Virus record (IMG/VR): IMGVR_UViG_3300041964_000148
DNA length: 64,000 nt
Source: a virus
Lineage: Duplodnaviria > Caudoviricetes
Direction: 5' to 3' (one strand)
Below the pieces are notes generated by a model that had not been told where the DNA came from, searched no databases, and saw only the letters and a program-made list of their open reading frames with translations. The position numbers were made by a program, and so were the translations under genes. Shown one piece after another: positions 9,846 to 20,014 of the stretch; the stretch's first letter is position 1, and each line of letters begins with the position of its first letter.

Positions 9846-10541
9846 CTACGCTTTCCATGCAGATTGGTAACAAGTTACGACAAACTTGTCGTGGATAATT
9901 ACCCCCTCGCCCCCGCAATCGACTTCGATGCCGTACTTGGGTTTGTCTAGGTATATTTCATCCAATCCGTTCAGCAAGAACCGCTGACCGGGAAGACTCT
10001 CTTCATAGAATGATTGCAGATCGGAAAGCCAAAAATGCTCCCACGAATCCTTGTTCCGCTGGTAACAGAAACGGACGATCCAGTTGGCACTCACTTCCCG
10101 TTCTGCGTTATTAAACGCACCGAAAAAGTGCTTTGTTGTGTCAATGTAACTGGGTTTAATCAGACAGGTTGGTGATGTTTCTGGCTCTGGTTCTTTGCCG
10201 GATAAGGCTTCTTGGATAATCTTGTCAACGTCGGCACCACTTGGAGGCTCAAATCCCGCAAAATAGATTGCGAGTTCGTCTTCGTCGTGTTCTCTGTAAT
10301 CATTTGATGAGAAGTTATCATCCCAATTTGCTGTTATCTCTGTGAGGAGTTCCCTCTCATATTCGTTTAAGGCGAGTCCTGCACCAATCTTCAACGACAT
10401 TTGAATGAAGTCGTCAGGGCTTGGGGCAGAATTATACCTCTTGTAATACTGGGTATCCTCCCAATGATAATCCTCAAGAAAATGCTTGTGATAGGACAAT
10501 ATGTTCGACAGGATATTAAGCTTCCTAGCGTCTAACTTCAT
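9846..10541 (-). CDS. Hypothetical protein
   Basis: Cassette ORF with AAGCAAAACCATG leader. Confidence 0.8.
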   Translation of the reverse strand: MKLDARKLNILSNILSYHKHFLEDYHWEDTQYYKRYNSAPSPDDFIQMSLKIGAGLALNEYERELLTEITANWDDNFSSNDYREHDEDELAIYFAGFEPPSGADVDKIIQEALSGKEPEPETSPTCLIKPSYIDTTKHFFGAFNNAEREVSANWIVRFCYQRNKDSWEHFWLSDLQSFYEESLPGQRFLLNGLDEIYLDKPKYGIEVDCGGEGVIIHDKFVVTCYQSAWKA

Positions 10542-10688
10542 GGTTTTGCTTCCAAATACTTATCCTCATTGTAACATTTTGCGTCAAAATGAATTACCCC
10601 GATTGCACAGTATTACGTGCAACCGGGGTAAGTGTTAATTGTCTGAGTCAGGAAGTGGCGATCGCCACTTCCGATAATACCTTGGCAT

Positions 10689-10910
10689 CTAGATTGTGAC
10701 GCGAAGGGAACCGGATTCGATATATCCATCAAAACCGTCGTTGAGTTCAATTGCTGGATTCTTTCTTAAGACGGCTTTTCCCGCTGCCAACAAACCAACT
10801 GTGTCGTTAGTAAAATCCTTGCAATCCCTTACCGCGATTACAAAGCGCTGGCTAGCACATTGTAAATACCAACAGCGATCGCCTTTTCTTATGGCGCCGG
10901 CTACTTGCAT
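10689..10910 (-). CDS. Small hypothetical protein
   Basis: AGGAG RBS; same orientation as neighbours. Confidence 0.6.
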   Translation of the reverse strand: MQVAGAIRKGDRCWYLQCASQRFVIAVRDCKDFTNDTVGLLAAGKAVLRKNPAIELNDGFDGYIESGSLRVTI

Positions 10911-10962
10911 TTCTTCTCTCCTAAAGTAATGTCCATCACGGTTCTCCGTGATGGATGCGTTT

Positions 10963-11805
10963 TTAATTTTCTTCTGAGTCAGGAAGTAGCGATTCCGCTA
11001 TATCCAGCCAATCGACACAGTGGATACCTTCCAGCATTAGCTGGGAGAATATATCGCGCCTGACGACTGAGTGGGGTAGATGCTTTACGAACCAATCCTG
11101 TAGTTCATCCGCTAAGGACTCAGCATTGTTGTACCGCTTAGCGAGGTTTTGTAGCTTTGGCAATTCTTTTTTAGAGTTACCGACGTAGTGATGCACACTC
11201 CAGGTAAGAAAATTGCTGCACCCGTTCACTGGCTGATCAATTTTTGGCTCAGAAAGCCAAGACCCAAGAGTGATTTCTTGGGCAACCATCTGCCAGTCTA
11301 CACACTTTAGGATGTCTCGCAGAAAGTTAAACCAGATATTATCCGTATCAGGGACTTTCGTTTTAAACCAATCCTTTAAAGCATCTCCGAGATGGGCGTA
11401 GTCTCTTAGATCGTTTTCAACGCCAGGAGCTGTAACTAAGTACTCTTGCTTGTAGGCCATTACATCATCCAGCAGTCCGATGCTTGGGCTTATAATTAAC
11501 CTTTGCAGGAGACCAGTGATGCGCTTGGTTGTACTAAGAACAACCTTGTTCTGGTAAGCGTACTTGAAGCGATCGCCTAAAATAAACTCCAGGTCAACCT
11601 TACTGTAGCCTTGGTTTTCAGTGAAAATCATGCTTAGTTCAGATGGATTGGCGAAAAAGTTAGTGTCTAGGCTACACCAGAGTAAATTTGTGTTCCATAC
11701 TGCACACTGTTTATTTTCTGGATTGTGGACAAGTACTGTATACCCCTCCAAAATTTGGGTGTTGGGAATGATGTTTTCCTTAACGAAAATGCTTTGAAGT
11801 TGCAT
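10963..11805 (-). CDS. Hypothetical protein, tandem paralog A
   Basis: Aligns end to end with 11905..12771; repeated LAD.L.DWF...VDW module. Confidence 0.85.
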   Translation of the reverse strand: MQLQSIFVKENIIPNTQILEGYTVLVHNPENKQCAVWNTNLLWCSLDTNFFANPSELSMIFTENQGYSKVDLEFILGDRFKYAYQNKVVLSTTKRITGLLQRLIISPSIGLLDDVMAYKQEYLVTAPGVENDLRDYAHLGDALKDWFKTKVPDTDNIWFNFLRDILKCVDWQMVAQEITLGSWLSEPKIDQPVNGCSNFLTWSVHHYVGNSKKELPKLQNLAKRYNNAESLADELQDWFVKHLPHSVVRRDIFSQLMLEGIHCVDWLDIAESLLPDSEEN

Positions 11806-11904
11806 AGTTTTGCTTGTGAATCATAGCTTATACCTTATTGTAACGTAAAGTACTGCAACAAAATACCCCGCCAGCACAGGGGTATGTGGTGACGGGGTAG
11901 GCGC

Positions 11905-12771
11905 TTAATTCTCTGAGTCAGGAAGTAGCGATCGCGCTACATTGCACCAGTCAACGCAATCGATTCCAGCTAGGACTAGCTGGGCGTTTACTGCGCGAGT
12001 AGTGGTCGAATAGGGGAGCTTTTTGACGAACCAGTCGTGCAACTGGTCTGCCAATACGTTGATATCAGCCTTTTGCTCCAAGTGGCTTTTAATAAGCCTC
12101 TCTATAAGACGGGCATCAGCAAGACGCCCGTCGCTTTCGTTCGACTCGATAAAGTACACAACCGTCCAGGTCAAGGAATTTGTGTAATATTCGTATGACG
12201 TGCTATCCAGCTTAGGCTGGTATACCCAATGCCCCACATCGAGGAACTGGGCAATCAGCTTCCAATCGACATATGCGATTATTTCCCGGAGGAAATCAAA
12301 CCAGATATTGTGTGTGTCGGAAACTTTCCCTTCAAACCAGTTTTCTAGCGCATCTGCGAAGCTAACACGAGCGTCCTTACGAGCTTCTCCTTCTATTCCA
12401 GGAAGTAGATATTCCCTTTGGAAAGCATTTACGTCGCCCAGCAGTTTGTTTCTGGGGTCTATAATCAACTCCTGCATTAAGTTGGTAATGCGTCGAGTTG
12501 TATTGATGATCGCTTTATTCTTGCAAGCATACTGGAAGCGATCGCCCAAAATGAAATCTAGATCGACCTTGTTGTAGTCTTGCTGTACGGTAAGTCTATA
12601 CTCTAGTTCGTCTGGGTCAGCACCAAAGTTGGTGTCAAAATGACAGGAATTACTGTCTGTAGTCCAGGAGCCATATTGATTGATCTCGGTGTTATGGACA
12701 ACGACCCGATATCCATCCAATGTTTGGCTTCCAGGTATTATATCTTCTTTGACGAAAATGTTCTGCTTCAT
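11905..12771 (-). CDS. Hypothetical protein, tandem paralog B
   Basis: Paralog of 10963..11805; has its own cassette promoter. Confidence 0.85.
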   Translation of the reverse strand: MKQNIFVKEDIIPGSQTLDGYRVVVHNTEINQYGSWTTDSNSCHFDTNFGADPDELEYRLTVQQDYNKVDLDFILGDRFQYACKNKAIINTTRRITNLMQELIIDPRNKLLGDVNAFQREYLLPGIEGEARKDARVSFADALENWFEGKVSDTHNIWFDFLREIIAYVDWKLIAQFLDVGHWVYQPKLDSTSYEYYTNSLTWTVVYFIESNESDGRLADARLIERLIKSHLEQKADINVLADQLHDWFVKKLPYSTTTRAVNAQLVLAGIDCVDWCNVARSLLPDSEN

Positions 12772-12883
12772 GGTTTTGCTCTAAAAAGCAATTATTGCCT
12801 ATACCTCATTGTAACGTAAATTGTTACAATAAAATGCCCCGCCAACACGGGGAACCTGTGGTGACGGGGCAATTATTTAACAA

Positions 12884-13537
12884 TTACAGAAACTTCCTTG
12901 GAAGTCTTCCTGCGTATGGGGAAGCTAACCATGCATCAGAAAGCTTGCATAGGGTTAGGCGAAACTCCCAATTGTCTCCACGATGGGGAGAGATTAGGTA
13001 GGCGATCGCACCAGCAACCATTACTGGATCGGCAGGATCGCCTTTCCCCGTATAATTGCACTCAATACGCTGCTCATTGCTGATGATGTTTGACAAGATG
13101 ATGGCAGTTGCCATCACCGGATCTTCACATCCTTTTCCACTGCGGATAACTGAACCACCCTCAGTCCAGCATAGTGTCCGCCATTCAACTTCATTTTCAT
13201 CGGGAATCAAATCAATCCCAATTCTTCGACGAGACCCATCTTCATAGTAGAAAGCGATTAAATCTGTTTTCCTCGCCGTGATCGCCTTTACGGCTTCACA
13301 TAGTCCGAAAACCCATTCTGGAGTTTCCTCCATGAGCTTTCCCAGTTGATCGGCGTGGACGTAGATCCATCGGTCAATTTCGCCTCCATCATTTGGATGT
13401 TGGGCGAGACAGAACGTCTCGACTAGCGTGTGTTTGCTGCACAAATCATTTGCCGCGTGGGCAATCGAGGGGCAGTTGCAGGTGGACTTTGCCCACGCAG
13501 CTAGTCCGTTGCTTAACAATCCTGAAATAGAATCCAT
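12884..13537 (-). CDS. Hypothetical protein
   Basis: Start placed at ATG 13537 after the AAGTAAAATC leader. Confidence 0.75.
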   Translation of the reverse strand: MDSISGLLSNGLAAWAKSTCNCPSIAHAANDLCSKHTLVETFCLAQHPNDGGEIDRWIYVHADQLGKLMEETPEWVFGLCEAVKAITARKTDLIAFYYEDGSRRRIGIDLIPDENEVEWRTLCWTEGGSVIRSGKGCEDPVMATAIILSNIISNEQRIECNYTGKGDPADPVMVAGAIAYLISPHRGDNWEFRLTLCKLSDAWLASPYAGRLPRKFL

Positions 13538-13618
13538 GATTTTACTTAATAGGTGGTTATTTCTATTGTAACAAAATAACAAAGCTACGAAGGCTGGAAT
13601 GCTTTCGTAGCTTTGTTT

Positions 13619-13933
13619 TTAGTTCATTTCGTATTGAGCGCGTTGTCGTTCGCACTCAGCGTGAGTTCTGGCTAGAAACCTTGGGTCTTTCAATAGGCAA
13701 CCGATTACGGCTGCCAAGTTTATCTGTTCCTCCGTACTTAAGTACGGAACGCGCATCATAAACTGCAAAACCTTGGGGTTGTTGCAACTGGGATAAACTT
13801 CCGCCTCCGCAATAACGGCGGCGAGGAAGGAGAGGGCAGACGCCCTCTCAACGGGACTCATCTGAACCAATATTTCTCGGATTTCTGCTAATATCATGTT
13901 GATTGATGTATAAGAGGCGATCGCAAACTTCAC
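13619..13933 (-). CDS. Hypothetical protein sharing a domain with the C-terminus of 13953..14756
   Basis: ERASALSFLAA versus ERALALSFLGA. Confidence 0.7.
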   Translation of the reverse strand: MKFAIASYTSINMILAEIREILVQMSPVERASALSFLAAVIAEAEVYPSCNNPKVLQFMMRVPYLSTEEQINLAAVIGCLLKDPRFLARTHAECERQRAQYEMN

Positions 13934-13952
13934 TCTGCGATCGCTTTGTTTT

Positions 13953-14756
13953 CTAGGCTTGACTGAGTAATCGGCTTAATACGCCGATTAACTTTACTTG
14001 ACTACTGGGGCTTGCGTTCCTTACATAAAGCAGGAACTCCAGCAGCCGAGGGCTGGGGCTTGCAAGTGGGTAATCATAGTCATTTAGTTTTGCTCCTAAA
14101 GAAGAAGCTACCTTTGCCCCTAAAAAAGAAAGGGCTAATGCCCTCTCCTCTTGCGTTAATTCCTTCAGAATCGTTTTGAGGCGATTCTCAGCCTTTGGTT
14201 TTGGTTCGATGCAACTAATTAGCTGCGCCTTCCCAAAGGCAGGGAGATAAGTTATAGAGAGCTGGGTCGGCTCTCCATCCACCTGGAGAAGGCTAATTAC
14301 CTCTTCAGGTGATACATCAATTAAGAGAAAGCCACCGCTGCCGCCTTCTTTAAAATCCCTTGCCCGCCCATTCGCGGGTGTGTAGTCGATATTCCGGGAG
14401 TCAAGGAGGCTCTGAAATCTCTCTACATACGCTTGATTTTCAACGGAATTTGCGGATGGGTTTTGAATTGGATTTTTGGGAGTTAGTCCCACAATCCCTT
14501 TGATTCCCCTCTCCCTCATTAAGGTCTGAAGGGAATTCTCCTTGCCAACATGGATTGCGATACTGCAATCTCCCAGTTTTTTACTGGGATTTGATGAAGC
14601 ATCACAGTAAAAAACGGTGCTGATGTGGTTCATCAGCTCCTGGTGAGAAAGCCGTTCCATAAGGGTTTTGGTTCCCTCCTGGTACAGCATCTCAATTGTC
14701 CAATACTGGTAGTGCGCCTCGTCATAGACTAGGCGCACAGAAGATGAAATTGTCAT
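13953..14756 (-). CDS. DUF3293-like domain protein
   Basis: LTPKNP...ENQ...LDSRNIDYTPANG...GFLL..Q.SI pattern. Confidence 0.55.
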   Translation of the reverse strand: MTISSSVRLVYDEAHYQYWTIEMLYQEGTKTLMERLSHQELMNHISTVFYCDASSNPSKKLGDCSIAIHVGKENSLQTLMRERGIKGIVGLTPKNPIQNPSANSVENQAYVERFQSLLDSRNIDYTPANGRARDFKEGGSGGFLLIDVSPEEVISLLQVDGEPTQLSITYLPAFGKAQLISCIEPKPKAENRLKTILKELTQEERALALSFLGAKVASSLGAKLNDYDYPLASPSPRLLEFLLYVRNASPSSQVKLIGVLSRLLSQA

Positions 14757-14908
14757 ATTCTTGGTTTTGCTTATAGATAAAAGGCAACACAATTAGTGTG
14801 CCATTACATACTATTATAACTTACATTGTTACAATGCCACAATAGGCATTAAAAAGCCCACAGATTGTTGCCTGCGGGCTTTTTCTTGTTAACTAGGTGC
14901 TAACTTGA

Positions 14909-15547
14909 TTACACTTTTGGGTGACAGCGCTCTGCCATCTTTACGTACCACTGTTCGGTAGGACGCCTCATGGAAATAATTGCCTTGCGGACAACCTCAA
15001 TTTCTTGGGCATCGACTGAAAACCACTGGTCGCACCAGCAGCAGCGAAATATCGTGTAAGGTTTCGCGTCTGGATTGTCCACGGAGTCAGCATCATAGCT
15101 TTCCCCAACAATGCCAATCCAAGGGGTAGCTCCATCCAAACTTGTTTGATATGGAAGTTCACCGCCAGAGGCAGGGCATTTAATAAAGATGTTAATGTGA
15201 GGAGCGCCTTCTCCGACAACGCTAATAGGGACGCAGCGTTTTTTGTGAAGGACATCAACCCCTTCACATCGGAAGCTAAAAGTACGATCCATGTTTCGTT
15301 TGTCAATCGCATCAAAGTTGAGGGCATAAAAGCCTTTAGGATTGTTCACCCCTCCTTCATCTTCGTCAAGGAAAGTGAAGCGGTATAAGAGCTTTCCATT
15401 ATTTATGGCAGCCCGGATGTTAGCTCCATTCCCTCCGTCATGAGGTAGCCACTTTAAGCACTCAGATCGACGGACATATCGCCAGTCGGTACAAGTGCCT
15501 GCTTTTGCCAATTGAACGCCTTCTTTGTTTGAAAAATAATCGCCCAC
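14909..15547 (-). CDS. Hypothetical protein with C-terminal Zn ribbon
   Basis: GTG start after AAGCAAAACC; CCWC motif. Confidence 0.75.
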   Translation of the reverse strand: MGDYFSNKEGVQLAKAGTCTDWRYVRRSECLKWLPHDGGNGANIRAAINNGKLLYRFTFLDEDEGGVNNPKGFYALNFDAIDKRNMDRTFSFRCEGVDVLHKKRCVPISVVGEGAPHINIFIKCPASGGELPYQTSLDGATPWIGIVGESYDADSVDNPDAKPYTIFRCCWCDQWFSVDAQEIEVVRKAIISMRRPTEQWYVKMAERCHPKV

Positions 15548-15661
15548 GGTTTTGCTTTAATCCTAAGTAGGGTTATAAGTATATTGTAACATTTTATACA
15601 CACAAAAACGCCCTGCTAACCCGAAGATCAACAGGGCGTCACGGTTCTCCGTGATGAGTTC

Positions 15662-16342
15662 TTACATTAAATGAGTAATGCAGACTTGCATAATTCCATT
15701 TGCTGGAAAAGCCCACCAGTCGCATCCATCTAATAAAATTGGCTCAGAATAGCCGTTTTCTTTGCACCATTTCTGAACCCTTTCTTCAATGCATTCGTTA
15801 GCGTTCCCAGCCATTTCCAAACAGCGGCGGCGAACATCGCGGAGGAGATCGTCAATCTTGACGATTCCTTCTTCAATCGAATACCGATAGTGTGCGATCG
15901 CAATCTCTTTGGCTCCAGCGACCTCAGCGATTCGGTGGATATACTCAGAGAAATGGCTACTGGAGCCTTGCTTAGGTTCCATTGAATTCAGCTTTTGGTT
16001 GAATCGCTTCAACGTCTTAAGCATCTGAGAAAGCTTTTGTTCATTCAAGTCGCAGAGTTCCCCGTACTGGAGGGGGTATACAATTGCATCGTTGAATTCA
16101 TCAGCCCCCCTCTTTCGAGGATCACCATCGATGCGGCATTCACACGAAAGCCCGTCATAGAAAGCTCCTGCTTCATCGTACTTAACCAACCAGTACGATT
16201 GAAGTTGATCGCAGTCATCTCGGCGATACCGAAATTCCATGCTCACTGTTGCTGAAACACCGTCTCCATATTGAGAAACTTTTCCCGCAGAAATAAGCAA
16301 AATAGGCTGTTTTTCTGGGTTCTTTGGGTTTTTAGTATTCAT
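15662..16342 (-). CDS. Hypothetical protein
   Basis: AAGCAAAACCATG leader; C-terminal WWAFPANGIM motif. Confidence 0.75.
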   Translation of the reverse strand: MNTKNPKNPEKQPILLISAGKVSQYGDGVSATVSMEFRYRRDDCDQLQSYWLVKYDEAGAFYDGLSCECRIDGDPRKRGADEFNDAIVYPLQYGELCDLNEQKLSQMLKTLKRFNQKLNSMEPKQGSSSHFSEYIHRIAEVAGAKEIAIAHYRYSIEEGIVKIDDLLRDVRRRCLEMAGNANECIEERVQKWCKENGYSEPILLDGCDWWAFPANGIMQVCITHLM

Positions 16343-16357
16343 GGTTTTGCTTTGTAC

Positions 16358-16561
16358 TTATTTTGATCGAACATTGATTACGTTGCTAGGAGAAGCCAGT
16401 GCAGTGGTGCCGTCCCGACCTCCCGTGTTAAGAACCCAGAACCCAAGAGTTCTGTGCTTCATGACTGCCCTCCCAGTGCAATGTTGGTTCTGGGGAGTCA
16501 GAATAGTCACGCGATCGCCTGCTTGAATTTGATCAAACAGGCGTGGAATATGCTCTGTCAT
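16358..16561 (-). CDS. Small hypothetical protein
   Basis: IQAGDRVTI...TGRAVM; cassette promoter at 16591. Confidence 0.7.
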   Translation of the reverse strand: MTEHIPRLFDQIQAGDRVTILTPQNQHCTGRAVMKHRTLGFWVLNTGGRDGTTALASPSNVINVRSK

Positions 16562-16637
16562 AGTTATGACTTATTTCGTAGTACTTCTGTATTATAACAA
16601 AAAATGCCCTGTAGTTATGTGGCTACAGGGCATCGAC

Positions 16638-17366
16638 CTACTCGGTCACTTTGCGGAAGTTTTCAATCTTCCATTTCAACCCGTGTACTGGGTTGGCAAT
16701 GTGGATTTGCCTGTTCTGGTTGCCCGAACAGAGTCCACAGGTTTCGCAGGTTATCAAGTCATCCTTGCGATTGGGGCAGATAATTTCCCCAGGGAACAAC
16801 TTGTCCCCTTCATTGATCACCCGAAATGTCCCCCAACCTTGCTCTTTAGCAAGAGCATAGTCAATGGGCTTGTCGCATGATGCCATTAGAAACTTACCCC
16901 AAGTGGCAGCCTCTAAATTTCTCCACTGGTGGGTATAGCCAGTGTTAGAGGGGAAATATGAACGCAGGTATTCCCAAACGTTCAACGGGACAGCGCTGGG
17001 GTCACCGTAGGCAGTGATCCGTAGCTGACGAGAGCGACGCCTTGCTCGTTCGAGTGCCGCAGGCGTTATGGGAGGATAGCCCCCTTTCTTGTAGTGTCGC
17101 CACAGCACATTGACTCCTCTGAGGTCAACGTAACATGAGCGTCTTTTTAATACGCAATCCCCACAGACACTGGAATCTTTCTCTTGTAGGACTGCATCCA
17201 TAGGTGCAATATCTTGGCGTATTACAAAGGATTGAACCATCTGACCTGTTTTCTTGTTGGCGCTAGGGCGCTCTAAACAGGTCAAAATTAAAACGATAGG
17301 TGCGCCGTCGAGAAGAGATTCCCCTTCCCAAGCAACGCACCCATTTGGGTGTTTATTCGTAGTCAT
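16638..17366 (-). CDS. Cys-rich phage protein (gp88/radical-SAM-like Fe-S family)
   Basis: N.KTG.MVQ, SVCGDC...CYV, LR..AYGDP.AVP, TGYTHQW, CP...TCETCGLC. Confidence 0.65.
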   Translation of the reverse strand: MTTNKHPNGCVAWEGESLLDGAPIVLILTCLERPSANKKTGQMVQSFVIRQDIAPMDAVLQEKDSSVCGDCVLKRRSCYVDLRGVNVLWRHYKKGGYPPITPAALERARRRSRQLRITAYGDPSAVPLNVWEYLRSYFPSNTGYTHQWRNLEAATWGKFLMASCDKPIDYALAKEQGWGTFRVINEGDKLFPGEIICPNRKDDLITCETCGLCSGNQNRQIHIANPVHGLKWKIENFRKVTE

Positions 17367-17471
17367 GTTTTAATGGTTTTGCTTTTGTAGCTATGTGACC
17401 ATTGTAACAAACACACAAAAGCAAAACGCACCGCAGATGTCTGTGGTGCGTTTCTTGTGAAGGCGAGTTAT

Positions 17472-18239
17472 CTAATCAACTACAAACCAGTCGCCATACT
17501 CATTTTCGTAGTAATTACCAGAAGACTCGCTTCGCTGGCGATCGCCTATGCGAACAGACGATTCAACTTCGTAATCACTAGCATGGGGACTTCCGAAGAG
17601 GAAATTGCCTGCAATATCGAGAGCGATATGTTCAGGGTTCCCCTCGCCGTTGAAGTCTACAACGATAGTTTGGTTTGACCAAGTAACTCGATCTACCTCG
17701 ATTTTGTACAATCCAGGTGGGAACTGAGGCGGAGCTGCATTTTCTTTTATCTGCTCCATCTGATCCAATTGTTTGATTTCCTCAAACTGACGATCTGCTC
17801 TTACCAGAATTTCCAGGATTTCACTTCTTTTTAGATCCATCGAAGCGCATAATTGCGCCATTGTTTCGTCCGGTAGTCCTGCTGCCAATATCTCAGACAG
17901 CAGGCGGGGAAACTGAATCGCGTCGTCATGCCAAGGAGTTGTTATGACTTTCTGCTTTTTATTGGCACGAATACTGAGTACTTTTGAAAGCTCGTAATGT
18001 TTTTCAGCTTCCCGTTCAAGTTCAGATGCGGTTACTTGTCGCCAATTTATACCCCAAACACACTCGTTTACCTCTATCCGAGTTACGGGGAGACATTCAG
18101 CGTTTAGGAACTGAGTACCCCCATAAAAAGTAGGAAACGAGCTGTAGTCAGGTCCGCCTTCTCCTCCTGGAGTGTACCCTAGGAAGCTTTTAGCGTTGAC
18201 CCGTAGTCCAGCAGGAGGTGCGATGAAAATAATATTCAT
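17472..18239 (-). CDS. Hypothetical protein
   Basis: Start ATG 18239 after AAGCAAAGTC; internal IQFPRLLSEI...SMDL motif. Confidence 0.75.
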   Translation of the reverse strand: MNIIFIAPPAGLRVNAKSFLGYTPGGEGGPDYSSFPTFYGGTQFLNAECLPVTRIEVNECVWGINWRQVTASELEREAEKHYELSKVLSIRANKKQKVITTPWHDDAIQFPRLLSEILAAGLPDETMAQLCASMDLKRSEILEILVRADRQFEEIKQLDQMEQIKENAAPPQFPPGLYKIEVDRVTWSNQTIVVDFNGEGNPEHIALDIAGNFLFGSPHASDYEVESSVRIGDRQRSESSGNYYENEYGDWFVVD

Positions 18240-18341
18240 GACTTTGCTTAATAAGTGATGATGCATTGCTGCACCTTGTAGTACTATTGTAACAAATTTG
18301 CATACAACAAATTACTCATCACGGAGAACCGTGATGAGTAA

Positions 18342-19220
18342 TCAAGCCGATACAGCGACGCAACTATCAAACAAAGATTTGGGAGAACCTAAATAATCCT
18401 TCATGCCGAAGTGGTAGTGCCGTTCATCTACATGGAAGCCTTCCTGGGAGGGAAGGAGGGGGTGTAAGTCGCGCAAGCAATACCAGTAAATCCGATCGCA
18501 CTCAACCCGCTCTACTTCCTTAAATTGCTGAAGTTGAGTCATTTCACTACAGCACCAAGTAGAGGCACCGGTCTCGGTAATCCAAATCTTCGAGTCAGAA
18601 AAGGGTGCGATCGCCTTTCTCGTCATCTCCATCAAATAGTCCCAGCCCATCCAGCGACCTACATCCCACGTTCCAGGAAATCCATGAATGCCTACAACGT
18701 CTATGTGCGAAAGAACACCTTGGTTGCCGATCAAATTAATCCACTTCTCATCAACCGGACTCATTCCGCCCAATACAGCCTTCTTCCCCTGTTGTCGTAC
18801 CCAGTAGGCTGCCATGCCGATCATTTTAGAGAATAGTTTCCACTCTGGGTCAAGGCTAAAATCCCAGTCAAAGCGATTATTCGGTTCGTTCCATAACTCG
18901 ACATATTCAAAATACTTCCCATACCGATTAATAATGAAATCGACAAAATCGGCATAGTCCTGGAGCCGTTTGGGTGGGGCAGCCGTGGAAGAGGCGATCG
19001 CAATAGAGGGAGGAGTATAGGTAATGCAGGGTAGGAGATCTAGCTCCTTGGCGAGTTTTGGAATCAACCAATCGTACCAAGCGAGTCCTCCTGGGGAGTA
19101 ACAGTCAGCCCATGATATGCCAGTCCTAAGTTGCTGAATATTTAGTTGTCGCAAGTCTGCAAGTACATTTTCAACGTGTTCAAAGCGCCCACAGTGGAGC
19201 CATTCAACAAATCCAATCAC
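18342..19220 (-). CDS. Clan GH-A glycoside hydrolase (beta-xylosidase-like TIM barrel)
   Basis: LRTGISWAD, VELWNEPNN (acid/base), GIHGFPG, WITETG (nucleophile). Confidence 0.85.
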   Translation of the reverse strand: MIGFVEWLHCGRFEHVENVLADLRQLNIQQLRTGISWADCYSPGGLAWYDWLIPKLAKELDLLPCITYTPPSIAIASSTAAPPKRLQDYADFVDFIINRYGKYFEYVELWNEPNNRFDWDFSLDPEWKLFSKMIGMAAYWVRQQGKKAVLGGMSPVDEKWINLIGNQGVLSHIDVVGIHGFPGTWDVGRWMGWDYLMEMTRKAIAPFSDSKIWITETGASTWCCSEMTQLQQFKEVERVECDRIYWYCLRDLHPLLPSQEGFHVDERHYHFGMKDYLGSPKSLFDSCVAVSA

Positions 19221-19480
19221 AGCTCATCCTCTCGGAATATCCTCAAGTCTACCCAACCCCCATAGACCTCATAGCCTTTAATCCGGCGCATCGACTTAAC
19301 CCCACAGTGTCGTTTTATGGGTTGTTCTTTTAAAAACTTCATCGCTGCCTCGTTTGTGCGGAAATGTCCCTCCCAGTTACCTTCTAATGGTTTCAGAATC
19401 CAGCCTCCGCGTGGGTAGCGGTGAGCTTTATAACCTCGTTCGAGAGCTGTTACCTGCAACTGCGCGTGTCCTGGATTCAT
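19217..19480 (-). CDS. Hypothetical protein
   Basis: Coupled to the glycoside hydrolase gene; promoter variant upstream. Confidence 0.65.
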   Translation of the reverse strand: MNPGHAQLQVTALERGYKAHRYPRGGWILKPLEGNWEGHFRTNEAAMKFLKEQPIKRHCGVKSMRRIKGYEVYGGWVDLRIFREDEL

Positions 19481-19594
19481 GATGTTTCTTTTTGACTCCT
19501 GGAGGATTCTAACAGAAATTTATCTTTCGTTACAATCAAGAGCCGCGCAGAGTAAAGTAAGATTAAAGGATCGAGTTCTCATACACGATCAAAA

Positions 19595-19948
19595 ATGTTT
19601 TTTACAGTAATGGTTCTTTTCTTACTTGTCGTAGGCGGCGCACTATTCCTATCCGCTAGATCAGCTCAAAAAACGGTTGGCGAACAAAAAATCCAGAAGC
19701 CAGCTACCTCTAGCCCTAAAGCTATTCCAGGTGCGGCTACCAATCCCAAGGTTATTCCGGTAAAAACTAGTCCACCACCGAAAGATAAACCAACTGTGGA
19801 CAGTGGTAGTTTGGGTGATTTGTGGCTTGCGATCGCCGAATCGGCATCTTCCTCGCCTAGCTACTCATCTTCATCTAGTCATCATGATTGCTCGTCTAGT
19901 TATGACCACAGCAGTTCGCATGATTCTAGTTGCGATTCAGATTTCTAA
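19595..19948 (+). CDS. Membrane-anchored protein with Ser/Asp-rich tail
   Basis: N-terminal TM helix; SSSSHHDCSSSYDHSSSHDSSCDSDF tail. Confidence 0.75.
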   Translation: MFFTVMVLFLLVVGGALFLSARSAQKTVGEQKIQKPATSSPKAIPGAATNPKVIPVKTSPPPKDKPTVDSGSLGDLWLAIAESASSSPSYSSSSSHHDCSSSYDHSSSHDSSCDSDF

Positions 19949-19966
19949 TTGGTAGCAGCCCAAAAC

Positions 19967-20002
19967 AAAAGCCCCCTAGATCATTGATCTAGGGGGCTTT
20001 TT
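19967..20002. terminator. Bidirectional terminator
   Basis: AAAAGCCCCCTAGATCA-t-TGATCTAGGGGGCTTTT. Confidence 0.85.
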
Positions 20003-20014
20003 ATGTCATAGAAG

